DNA from: Felis catus
Taxonomy: Eukaryota
DNA: 64,000 nucleotides
Reading direction: 5' to 3'
Assembly: GCF_018350175.1 (NCBI RefSeq)
Contig: NC_058368.1
Span: 34,474,001 to 34,538,000 of the forward strand
Notes under the pieces: generated by a model
Database searches by the model: none
The model's input: the letters and a program-made list of their open reading frames with translations, nothing else
Told to the model about the DNA's origin: nothing
Part shown: one piece after another, positions 51,016-62,310 of the stretch
Layout: every line of letters begins with the position of its first letter
Position numbering within the stretch: the stretch's first letter is position 1
Made by a program: the position numbers and the translations under genes

Positions 51016-52793
51016 CCAATATTAAACTGTCACCATTTCTAGTTTACGTAACTAATTATATGTGTGAAATAAACTATTACAATTGTTTTTAGTGTTTTAA
51101 CATGAGAATTAGCCCCATCACTTTTTCCTGCCATGATTTTTCCTTCTAACATTATCTATAAAGCTGGAATAATTGGGGATGGCATAAGCCATCTAATACG
51201 TTCAGCAGTCTTGTCATATTCATTTGACATGAAATTGATCTAGTGAGTTGATGATCACTCCATTCCCAGAGTCACTGTGAATAGAGAATCCATTGTTTCA
51301 TGGTTGAATATGATTAATGGCATCAATGTGACTCATTGTTTCATCAATATGATGTAAACAATGAGTTGATTCAGTCAATTGAACAAACAAACAAAAAGTG
51401 TCAACCTATTTCTTTTTATCAACTAAGCCAAGCAACATGTTGACTGCACTATTAACTTTTCAAACAATTGCTCAAAATCATGTTGGACATCCCTTAATTT
51501 GAGCTTTTCTTATTTGAAACACCATTTGCACACATCTAATATAAAGATATTTTTAGTATGTGAATGGTAGTACAAAATATTTTATTTATATAAGACTCTA
51601 AAACTTACTTTTAAGAATTTTGCATCTTATATATTTCATATTTCTAGTGGCATTTCTTAATCTCAACAACTTAATATCCTTGTGCACAAAACTAATATGT
51701 AATGTTTATAAGTGAAGGTGGGTGAGAGAGATACATACATTACTTATATTTGAGGCAGAATATAGATCAGATGCCTATAACATACACTATAAAATGTAAT
51801 TATTTTAAAAGTAAGTATAGTTTATTAATCACAAAATATTTTTAGGAAAAAAAGAGGAGTCACTGTTTTTGTTAGGGTGCTTCTGAGCACCTGTTAGGTG
51901 TTAGGTGTTTCTGAGACTGTGGGCAGTCTCTGAGGGCAAGGAGCTTGAAAAGAGAACATATACACACAAATGTCTATCACTGAAGAGAAACAGATTGTAT
52001 ACTGAAACCGATCACAGCTTCTCACAAGTATTCCATCTGGAAACACACGTCTGGGTTCTATTTTTTCACCCCCTTCACTTACCTGAGGAATGCAAGATGG
52101 CTCAGGTGAATGAAATTGACAAAGAAGATAAAGTGCTATTGCAAACAAGGAACTCTAATCTGGGAAAGGGTCAAGATGGTATCAAGGACAGGACTATTTT
52201 TATCATATAAAAAGCACTCCAATATACATTGAACGTAACCGGCCATTTTACATGTATTGCCATCTATTTATCTGCATTATCAATATACCTGACTTACACT
52301 CATCTCTCTAATGCATTCATTTCCAACTTTATTGCTTTAAGTTACCAGTGTTATCCAGCAAGTCTGATGCTCTATGTGATAAACTTTCTTTTCTGCAGAA
52401 AGGTCAAATAATGGCTCACTGGACGTTATCCACCAGCTTACCCCAGTGGCACTAGATTACATTTTCTTTTGAACTGTTTACAGGAAAGAGTTGCACTAAT
52501 GTGAACCATATCTTACATATTCTTTAATTGTTTTGCTGTAGACTTCCCTGTTCCTGGAGGGACTGCTAAAAGAGATTTACTAAAAAGGCAACCAAAATGA
52601 GGGAGAAATGTGGAAAACGATGCAAATTTCCCACAAAGGTAAATACATGTTATCTCAAACACCTCATTTTACTACTAGACTATGCCTCTGAAGTCATCTC
52701 CATTTTATTGAAAAGTAGCAACTTAACCCTTAGATTATTTTGACATTGTTTAAATATACCCAGCTCTGTCCAGAAAGTTCCTATGTTCTTTTC

Positions 52794-53007
52794 TTTTTTT
52801 TTTTTTAACGTTTATTTATTTTTGAGACAGAGAGAGACAGAGCATGAATGGGGGAGGGTCAGAGAGAGAGGGAGACACAGAATCTGAAACAGGCTCCAGG
52901 CTCTGAGCTGTCAGCACAGAGCCCGACGCGGGGCTCGAACTCACAGACTGAGATCATGACCTGAGCCGAAGTCGGACGCTTAACCGACCGAGCCACCCAG
53001 GCGCCCC
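52794..53007 (-). mobile_element. Can-SINE (SINEC_Fc-type)
   Basis: TSD cctatgtt(c/a)ttttc at 52780-52793 and 53008-53021. Confidence 0.96.
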
Positions 53008-54219
53008 CCTATGTTATTTTCAACATATTCTTTAGGTACTAAAATAACTGGTTTTAACATTTAAACCAATTACTCAAAATACCTATTTGTCTTATTCTTA
53101 GTGTCTCTCTCTGACAGAACGTGTTATTGGCAAACGCTACCTACTGTATAACTCACATTGCTTCACAGTGAGTACAAAGAGATACTAAAAAGTGAATAAT
53201 TCATCTTAAACGTTTTTGTATTGCCCTGTTTACTGGAAAACTTGTCTATAGTGAAGAATATCATGTAATCTGCTGAAATTGTACCCAATCAATGGTAATT
53301 CCATTACACAGCTGACAACCACGCATAGAATCAACAGTCTTGGTAACATCTATGATTGCATTTTTGTGAGTGCGTGCTAATATTTCTACAAATAGTTCAG
53401 AATCATCCAAAATATTTGTCTCTCTAATTTAGAAAAAGCTAATTTTGTGCAGCAGCAAAATAGAAATCATTGAAGTTTCTTTGAGAAATGATTATATTGT
53501 GCTGGAAACCTAAAGAAACACTGTAGTTTTTTTTTTTTTTTTCTTTCTTAAGTAAAATAAATTATAAGAAGTACAAAGACAATAAAGAATGTAAGGGGTA
53601 CTTGCCAAAATAGAATTTTCAAGCAACAATACACATAGGATATTACAATGATAATGATCATTATGTATAAGCTTGTAGTTTTACACTAAAATGTGAGCTG
53701 CACAAAGCTGAAAAGTAGACAGGGACAGATTCACAGTAGCTCTGTCCCATACCTCCCAATGCAATATCTTCTGTCTGCTTCCTTCCCACTGTCACTCATC
53801 ATCTGCATGCAGACCTGGAATTCTCTGGTGAGATTCTGAAACCCCACACGTAACAAGCAAAGCTAACTTTACATGTAATTTCTGCTTTCTTTGTAGAACC
53901 ATGCATCACTTTAGATCTGAAATTCTAATCCAAATTTTACTCTGATTCATATGACTAGAATCATGGTATTAGTGTGAAAGACAAAGAGGAAGAATGCTAA
54001 ATTAAAAAAAAATGCAGCAGGGGATTCAGAAAAGCCTTTTCATAAAATTATTATTCAGGGATAACTGATTTGTTCAAGATGTCTCAACAGAAAACTAAAA
54101 TGAAATGCCCATGAAATGCTAAATTACGGGAATAAATAAAGGAAATGCTGGCTAAATAAAGGAAATTTCAGCGAGATGTACCTGATAAGATATATATTTT
54201 TCTATATCTAAAATTAGAT

Positions 54220-54435
54220 GGGGCGCCTGGGTGGCGCAGTCAGTTAAGCGTCCGACTTCAGCCAGGTCACGATCTCGCGGTCCGTGAGTTCGAGCCCCGC
54301 GTCGGGCTCTGGGCTGATGGCTCGGAGCCTGGAGCCTGTTTCCGATTCTGTGTCTCCCTCTCTCTCTGCCCCTCCCCCGTTCATGCTCTGTCTCTCTCTG
54401 TCCCAAAAATAAATAAAAAACGTTGAAAAAAAATT
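54220..54435 (+). mobile_element. Very young felid Can-SINE (SINEC_Fc)
   Basis: Near-consensus, CpGs retained (gatctcgcggtccgtgagttcgagccccgcgtcggg); TSD core taaaattaga. Confidence 0.97.
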
Positions 54436-54571
54436 TAAAATTAGAATGTGTGATGACCTCATGCAAATAGCATAATGTGAAAACGATATAAATATTTAGA
54501 ATAACTCTTGATATAGTTTGTTGGTCTCAGAAATGTTTTCCTAGAAAAAGAAAATGTGAATTTTCCTCGGA

Positions 54572-54594
54572 TTTTTTTTTCTTTTTTTTGATAG

Positions 54595-54649
<55 letters not shown>

Positions 54650-54771
54650 TAAGGAGGCTCCACACCCAGGGCAGAGCCTGATATGGGGCTCAGTCTCATG
54701 CCTAATGAGATCATGACCTGAACCAAAAACAAGAATTCAATGCTTAACTGACTGAGACACCCAGTTATCCC
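54572..54771 (-). mobile_element. Older Can-SINE with long (GA)n tract
   Basis: T tail, (GA)n at about 54600-54645, gagatcatgacctgaacc...cttaactgactgagacacccag. Confidence 0.9.
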
Positions 54772-55267
54772 ATTGGATGATTCTTTTAAATGTATGTCAA
54801 AGACTAGAGAATTAAATATTACATTTCAATGTACCGCTATGATACATCTTGAAGAAAATATATCGATCATTTTAGTTTTTTTGGAAATAGACGAGGTTAA
54901 GCTTCACAATGATTTCTAATATTATCAGTACACTGATCTTTTTCCTGCCATAACTTTTTAAAAAGAATGTACTTTTATTTAAAAAGCATAACTTTCTTAG
55001 CTTACTTTGGTCAATAAAGTAAGGTCTTTAGACAGGTGCTTCAATGCAACACCATGAGAAATCAGAAAAAAAAGTGGCATTTTTTATATTTTAAAGATCA
55101 TTCTATAAGAATTTGAGCAATGCAATGGATAGTTTTGCTTTTCAGCATATATAGTGAGATAAATATTTCTCCAATAATTCAAAAAAATTCATCCCTGAGA
55201 GTACTACCTGATTTTACTTCTTTTCAAATTTCCTCTAGTGATAAAATACACCAAAATATTAACGGTG

Positions 55268-55522
55268 AAAATGCATTATTATACATCAAAACCTCTAGAA
55301 CGTACAATACAAGAGTGAGTGCTCATTGAAACTATGGAATCCAGTTAATAATAGTCAATCAGTATTAATAAATCATAAAAAATAAACTACACTAATGCAA
55401 AATATTAATAGTAGTGGAAATTGTAGGCAATGGGAGAGGAGGCATATGGGAACTCTCTGTCCTTACCAAACTTTTATTTAAACCTAAAACCTCTCCCAAA
55501 CCAAAATCTGTTATTTAAAAAC
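55268..55522 (+). mobile_element. L1 3' UTR end (L1MC-like)
   Basis: caaaacctctagaacgtacaatacaagagtgagtgctcattgaaactatgga...tatgggaactctctgtcctt...taaacctaaaac. Confidence 0.75.
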
Positions 55523-55693
55523 ATACAATATTACATTTTGAGAAAATAATATAGCTTGAATATTATTTTCCCTATACGTTGCTATATAATATTTTTACAA
55601 ATCTGTGTTACCACTAATTTTTTACTTATTTTTGTGTTTTTTTCACAAGAGCAAAAAACATTAATTTTGAGTTACTAAAACCTCTTAGTTTTA

Positions 55694-55926
55694 TTTTTTT
55701 ATTTTTTTAAAAAATTTTTTTTCAACGTTTTTTATTTATTTTTGGGACAGAGAGAGACAGAGCATGAACAGGGGAGGGGCAGAGAGAGGGAGACACAGAA
55801 TCGGAAACAGGCTCCAGGCTCTGAGCTATCAGCCCAGAGCCTGACGCGGGGCTCGAACTCACGGACCGCGAGATCGTGACCTGGCTGAAGTCAGACGCTT
55901 AACCAACTGCGCCACCCAGGCGCCCC
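55694..55926 (-). mobile_element. Young felid Can-SINE (SINEC_Fc)
   Basis: TSD taaaacctcttagtttta at 55676-55693 and 55927-55944. Confidence 0.97.
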
Positions 55927-56534
55927 TAAAACCTCTTAGTTTTAAATGGACTATAAAATTTTAACATAAAAAGTTATGGTCTGATTAAACTTTAAAAGTA
56001 TTTTGAAAAATTAGGAAGATATTCTCAAAAAAGTTGAATATTTCTTTTTTAAAAGGGCATTTCTTCTAATACATGCCCAGATGCTAATATATAGTTTCCA
56101 CATTGCTATGCAGAGACACACACGGTGTCAAGAGAATTGGTGCTTATGTTTACAGAATGTTTGAAACTATTTGAGCAAACTAGTGAATGAAAGTGGGAAG
56201 TCAACGCAATCATCATAGATACTATCTGTGTACAGATGTGTGTTGGGTATTGCTTCAGATCTTCTCATACGTGCTATGGCTCCTGGTTTCTTCCTTGGGG
56301 GTCTGATCCTGCAGCCCAGACTGACTTGCTTGGGTCTGATTACTTCCTGATATCTGAAGTGTTCTTAAACAGCACACATTTTGCCTTGGTAGGAATGCAG
56401 TAACTGCATTTCTGCTGCTACTGTTATTACTTTTTCCATTTCTCCTCCTAATTCTATTTGGTTTATCTATGAAATGCAGGGATTATTGAATTCAGCAACC
56501 CTATCATGCAGCTACACAGAAACTAGTTCTCTAG

Positions 56535-56695
56535 ACTAGAGATATGCAAACTGGTTGACCATCAAAGTTCAACAGTTTTGAAGAAATATAGATTCTTATA
56601 TCCTATCCAAGAGAAAATGAATTATTTCTGGAGGTGGTACCCAAAATGTCTATTTTAATAAATATCTATATAAGATTGAAATTAGAAACCATTGC
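56535..56695. mobile_element. MER5-like hAT MITE remnant
   Basis: aaatatagattcttatatcctatcc...tttctggaggtggtacccaaaatgtctattttaataaa...ttagaaaccattg. Confidence 0.5.
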
Positions 56696-57899
56696 TTGAA
56701 AATGTAATCAGTCGCAGTATGAGATGTGTGCTTGTGTGTGTAATGTGTGTGTGTGTGTGTGAGATTACTACCCTAAAGCTCTATCTAATTAAGCAAGTGT
56801 TCTATGTTCTATCATTATTTCTTCTCTCCTAATATACATATTTTCAGAGCAAATAATTGCTGTCTTAGTCAGCCGACCTAGGCTTCGTTCATTTTGCTGT
56901 TGCAGAGTACAGTTCATTATTAATTTTTGTTATTGCTACCTGGCCAAATACACATTACAGTGAGAGTACAAAGCATTCCTTTAGGCCATGTCTTCAATCT
57001 CTATAGAGCCCAGAAGACAAGAAGAGAGGGTCAACTTGAATGGTCTTAGAGAGGTCTTTCGACTCCACTCATCCTCTCAAACTCCCTATTAGCTATTAAC
57101 TTATCTTCAGATATTTTATGCATAAATATTGATATTTTCTCAGGCAATTTATTCTTCCTCTCTTCTCCAACAAACCCCCTCTGTCCATAATTGTTTTCTC
57201 TAACTTAAATCATTAATGACTAATAGTAAAATTAAAAAGAACAAAAAAGATGAAAAGCAATATTTTTACAAGTTCAAGGACAGAGACATGAAATAATGTA
57301 TTATGGACTCCCTCTTTTGGCACCCAGAGCACCAATCTAACTCTTTCCCAATGAGCCCAGACACAATCTTATTTTGGGTCGCAATCCTACAAAGGTAGTC
57401 ATAAAAGTTGAAATCATCTTGCCATTCATTATCAATCTCACAGAAAAATCAAAGCAGGTCCAATTGAGAAAAACATTAGAAAAAATTTAGGAGATTATAT
57501 TATCGTTGATTGACAACAGTATGTGCAAAGTATTGAGCTATTTGTTCACAAGCATTATCAAATCTTTCACATATGTGTGAGAGCCAGGTAAGTTCTCTAG
57601 CACAGAAAACACAAGAAGCTGGTTTTACCTGGACATTTAATGTACATCATGCCACATTAAATACATACTGATTTTTATGTTTCAAATAAGTTTTGGTGTT
57701 GATAAATTAACTTTTAGTTTTTTGTTTGGCCAGCAAATGACACAATGTTTAAAATATTTTTTGCAGTGACTAACTTATCAAATTTTTATAGAGTCTAAAT
57801 GGACTGAATAGTCATTGAGTTGAAACAACCCAACACATTTGCTTACATAGTTTTTAAGAAAAGACATGCGCATTTCCATTAACATTTATGAAATCTATT

Positions 57900-58580
57900 C
57901 AAGAAATCTATCAGCCCACCTGATGAAGATCTTAATTTTTTTTCTTAAAACGCTTCAGTACTTTCCAATTAACAATCATATAATAATGGTGGCTTCCACA
58001 TTTAAGAAGAATATTCAATAATAAGCAGAAACTAAGCACCAAAGGGAAAAGAGAAAGAAAAAGAAAAAGCAAGTGCAGCAATCCAATACGTAATGGGCCA
58101 CAAAACACATAGGTGCAATGCATAATGGCCATGGTGTCAGCAGCTCCAAACCCTCTATTCTGATGAATAGAAAAAGCCAATCACACACTGTTTCCCAAAG
58201 CGATCCCAAGCATCGTACATGAAGCAATAGCTGTAAAATGGAGTCCCAACAGACTTATTCAAACATGCAAATTAACAGCATTGAAAAGCAATGTACAGTA
58301 ATCAGGTCCCATTTAGTATTGTAACATCAGCTGGGACACAATAGCTGTCTGTGTATCTTGTAGACAGTTTGTATTGGTAATAGCCGCCACATGAGTAATT
58401 AAGCACTTTAAACAAGTCAACCATTTAAGCTGTCCTACAAGTTAGGAGTGAAAAGCAAAGCTGGAACAAAGAGCAATAACAAGGAGCCATTAGCCTTGAT
58501 AACACTGGTCCACCCAAAAGCATATGTTCCCCCAAATGAGAGCAGATTGTAGGTCTCACCTGCACTTCAGATGTTGCTTC
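57900..58580. promoter_or_regulatory. Candidate conserved non-coding enhancer
   Basis: No repeat signature; TAATGG x3 (57984, 58091, 58123), octamer ATGCAAAT (58265-58272), TAATTA (58396), SOX-like ACAAT sites, CAGCTG. Function is inferred. Confidence 0.4.
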
Positions 58581-59049
58581 ATTAGTGTTCTACACATTTA
58601 AATAACTTAGATCCTAAATATATTTTTATGTAACTAAAATACTAATCACGGTAATCTTTTTCTAATTCATTTTATATTTTCAAAATATTTTAATACATCT
58701 TTAATAACTACTTAAAACTAGTCATCTAGTTAATACTTCCAGGCTTGGCCCATTTTTCTAACTGCATAATTAACTGTAAGATTTGTAAATTCATGCACCC
58801 TGGCATTTTGTACTAACTTGTGATAGGGCCAACGTTTTGGACTTCTGTGCTTCCCAGCATAACCATACACGTAAGCTTCGGCGAATCAGGCTTAATCTGT
58901 TTGAACTTATGGAGGATGTTACTGGGATAGACCAGTGGAGATGATATTTTTATTCAATTTGCCAGATACTACAAAAGATCACATTTAAAGTGTCTGTAGT
59001 AGTCAGGTGCTTCTTTCCAAGGGAGGAGATTTTTCCAGATTCTCTAATT

Positions 59050-59310
59050 TATCCCTGATGTTAAATTACATACTTTTGATTGCAATGGAGCTAAACAAAG
59101 AACACTTGTTTCACACTATTTGAAGATTATTATTCTATTTATCCTCAGCCTTCACTCCTCAAGGCTAAATGATTTAAATCCCTTTAGTCTTTCTACATAA
59201 GTGTGCTTTAAAGTGGTTCATCATTTTTGTGTCTGTCCTCTGAACCCTTTCTAATTTATTCATATCTTGCAGTTGCATTGGTATTTTAGTATGGCCTTTG
59301 CCCCACAGCA
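59050..59310 (-). mobile_element. CR1/L3 LINE ORF2 C-terminal relic
   Basis: Minus-strand DMNKLERVQRTDTKMM, then after a frameshift YVERLKGFKSFSLEE*RLR, resembling CR1 DIDKLERVQRRATKM...YEERLKELGLFSLEKRRLR. Confidence 0.8.
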
Positions 59311-61849
59311 CTCCTGCCAGGTCACCATGGTCAGTGTTCTCTCTAATTTTTTCCAGCCATGTATACACTGGGTGACAAGGGAGCTGCTGGGAGGCTTGGG
59401 TCAGGTCAGGGAGTCAGTGGGGTTACTGACTCACCTGGATCTGATCACTGGGACAAGAACGTGGACCAATAGAACCTCCTGAGGCTTCAGACCTGGCATG
59501 AATGATGTATGAGACTTTCTTAGAGTCACTTCTGAGTTACCCCCAAGGGAGTGAAACTTCACCAACTGCTATATAGATGTTCAATTTAAAGAATATAGTG
59601 ACCCACAGGACTTCACAGAGGTCAACCATCACAAAAATTCTTTCACTTATCCTTAACCTCACTATTAAACATTCAGCCTCCCGCTAAGCAGCCAGAAATT
59701 TAGCTTTGAAGATTTTGTTTGTAATACATAACAGTTGGGGACTTTTCGGGTGCCTTTGTAGGGAAACAAGAAAATGCTCATTAATTTTAATTCTTCTAAT
59801 ACCCTCTTCAGCTATTTGATGAGTCAGGCTCAAAGTAATGACTCATTTTTACATTATTTCACTCAATTGCCTTGAACTTCAAGATCCACAATCTTCTCTC
59901 TGTCATATGTAGCCCAAAGCAGTTGAACAAATGATATTAAAACAAAGTCTGGTGTTTATCTGACTATAGATAGCCTAATGTTATCATAATCAGGCAAGAA
60001 AAGGAATAGTGGTGAGCTTATTAAAACATATGTTTTAATAGAGGTAAGCTTATTAAAACAGATGAGTTATAGGGGAAATTGAGGGCAAGATATAGAGTGC
60101 CTACAGAAGAAACAGAAAGATTCCAAAGATAAAGAAGACAAGACAGCAGGCAAGAAGTAATCTTTGCCTAATTAAGCTTTGGGAGTTGAGGGGAAGTACT
60201 CATACAGAATATAAGTTTTAGGAAAATAATGGCACAGAGAAGCAATAGGGTAGATGTGTGGATTGAAGTATATAAATTGACTGAAAATCAGACTGAATAT
60301 TATTGCATGAAACACAAGAGATATTGTGCCACTAACCAAAAATATTAAGAAGCAAGATGTTCAAACTAATTAAGAATATTATGCTACTGTGTCTTTAACA
60401 TTTCAATGGAATCAACTGGAAATTTTCTGAAGTTTTTCCCTTCATCTGAGATGGAAAAAATTCACTCTTCGTGCATTTGCTACCTGGGACATGGCCAACA
60501 AGTTCCCAGGCAACAAATTTAGAATTTTTTGTAACAATCCAATGAAACTGCATGCTGTTGCTAACTTGTAAACATTCATATAGCTGGAGAAAAGCTCACG
60601 AATTCCCTTTTATAATATCAGCTAAAATATGATGTGTATTTATTTCTTCCATCTAGACCCCAAATGTTCAATATCATCATATTAGCTGAGAATATGATGA
60701 ATGTAATGGAAAAAGAAAGAAGTAGAATTATATACAAAATGATCCAATAACAAGGGATTGTGTCAGGGTCAGAGATAGTTCCCATCTCTGGGAAATAAAA
60801 GTCAAAACAATTGTATAGTAGCAACTCTAAAGACCTTGCTCAGCATTAGATTAAAACTTGCCATCCCACTTGACTCATTTTATAAGATAATTAAATTAGA
60901 CTCTAAACAATTGATCGAAACATTTTTTTGTGTGAGAAGAACTGCATGTTCTCTTTTGTTTCCAATTATTTTTAATGCATAATTTTATTTTTCTACATTA
61001 TATCTAATTTCATTATGAACATAAAAACCTAATCATACCTGTATCTTTCTACTAATGGGGGGAAGGAAATTTTAGAAAGAGAGTTTTTTTTTTTAAACAA
61101 AGCAATTTCTATTACCCAATACAGGACATCTTAATTAGAGTAGATGGTAACATTATTTTTATACTGAAAACTGTGCTAAAAGCTATCATCCTTATTAGTC
61201 CACAAAGATTACGGGGCAGCATGTTAGTTCCTAATAAAACCAAAATGATTTGAGAAAATTAAAGCAAAATGTCAATGCACCTCATGCTAATCTACATTCT
61301 ACACTAAAAACATTAAAATTTTAATGACGAATAAATTGACATATTTATATAGTGTCTTCATGTTGGCACCCATTTTTTCCTTAAGATTTATCTCACTTAT
61401 ATCTTTGAGTCCTTTAAACATACTACAATAGAACTTTACTAGCATTCATGAGAGAAGTAATTTATTTGACTGTGACTCTTTGATTAAAATATGCAGAATA
61501 GCAACTTTTATTTTTCAAAGTAAGTGTTATGAGATCCAAGTAAACTAATAGTCTCCAATATGGAAAAAAAAAATAGTTTCCCTTTAGAAGGATAGAGAGG
61601 TGTTAGTCTCAAATTCTGGCCCAGATGAATTACTCTTTAATTAATCTGAGATTCAAGCAAACTACTCATTGGGGGATTTCGACTAAACTGAGAGCAAAAT
61701 AACATTTAAAATTCAATATAATTTATCTGCTGAAAAAAGTATTATGGCCAAATGAATCAGTTTCACCTGAAACTCAATATTTAAATATTTTACCCATTCA
61801 TTAGATGATTGTTTTAAAAATATGTTCAGAGATTTGAAAAAGGATTCAG

Positions 61850-62310
61850 CCCATAAAGTGTTCTGAAGTTCTAACTCCTTTTCTTGAACATAGGAGTCTT
61901 CACGTTCTCACTACTGCCTGTTCCCAGTCTCATTTACTCCATTTTTAGTACCAATTCAATTCTGATCATGCATGTTCTCTGCATGAATTGGAATGTCTCA
62001 CAACATTTCTTTATAGATGCTTTTGTACATGTTGTTCTACCTGGTTGAAACACATTTCTTTCTCCCTTATTCACTTAGCAGATATCAGTCATATTGCCCA
62101 AATGTCATCTTCTTTCATTATCCTTCCTAGAGTATTAGGTCTCTTGTAAGCTTATCATAATATCTTCTATAGACCATTTAACAGTGTTTATTATTATTAT
62201 TATTATTATTATTATTTCCTCACTTGAGGGGCATTCTTGAAGATCAGAGGCCTTATATGTCTCCCTGATTCTATAGAAAATAACATATTGATTTGTTGAA
62301 GAAATAAGTG
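61850..62310 (+). mobile_element. L2 LINE remnant containing a (TTA)n microsatellite
   Basis: gcttttgtacatgttgttctacctggttgaaacacattt...aaatgtcatcttct...cttgaagatcagaggccttatat; (TTA)n at about 62188-62216. Confidence 0.6.

Noticed and set aside
51331..51366. Hairpin as a microRNA precursor
   Set aside because: Stem of about 16 bp is too short for Drosha processing and I recognise no known mature miRNA in it.
1264..54665. Recurrent ORFs of the type MAQSVKRPTSAQVMIS...SLEPASDSVSPSLS (1264, 4069, 6631, 13284, 24115, 25176, 44220, 47901) and antisense versions (12196, 54152, 54244)
   Set aside because: All are translations of Can-SINE copies, not a gene family.
505..55926. Dispersed near-identical repeats read as CRISPR arrays or tRNA genes
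   Set aside because: They are about 200-bp SINEs with A tails and TSDs; there is no repeat-spacer periodicity, and the tRNA-like heads are SINE promoters rather than cloverleaf tRNAs.
57932..58227. Hydrophobic minus-strand ORFs suggesting a membrane peptide
   Set aside because: The hydrophobic run comes from the reverse complement of an A/G-rich tract; starts are non-ATG; no family recognised.
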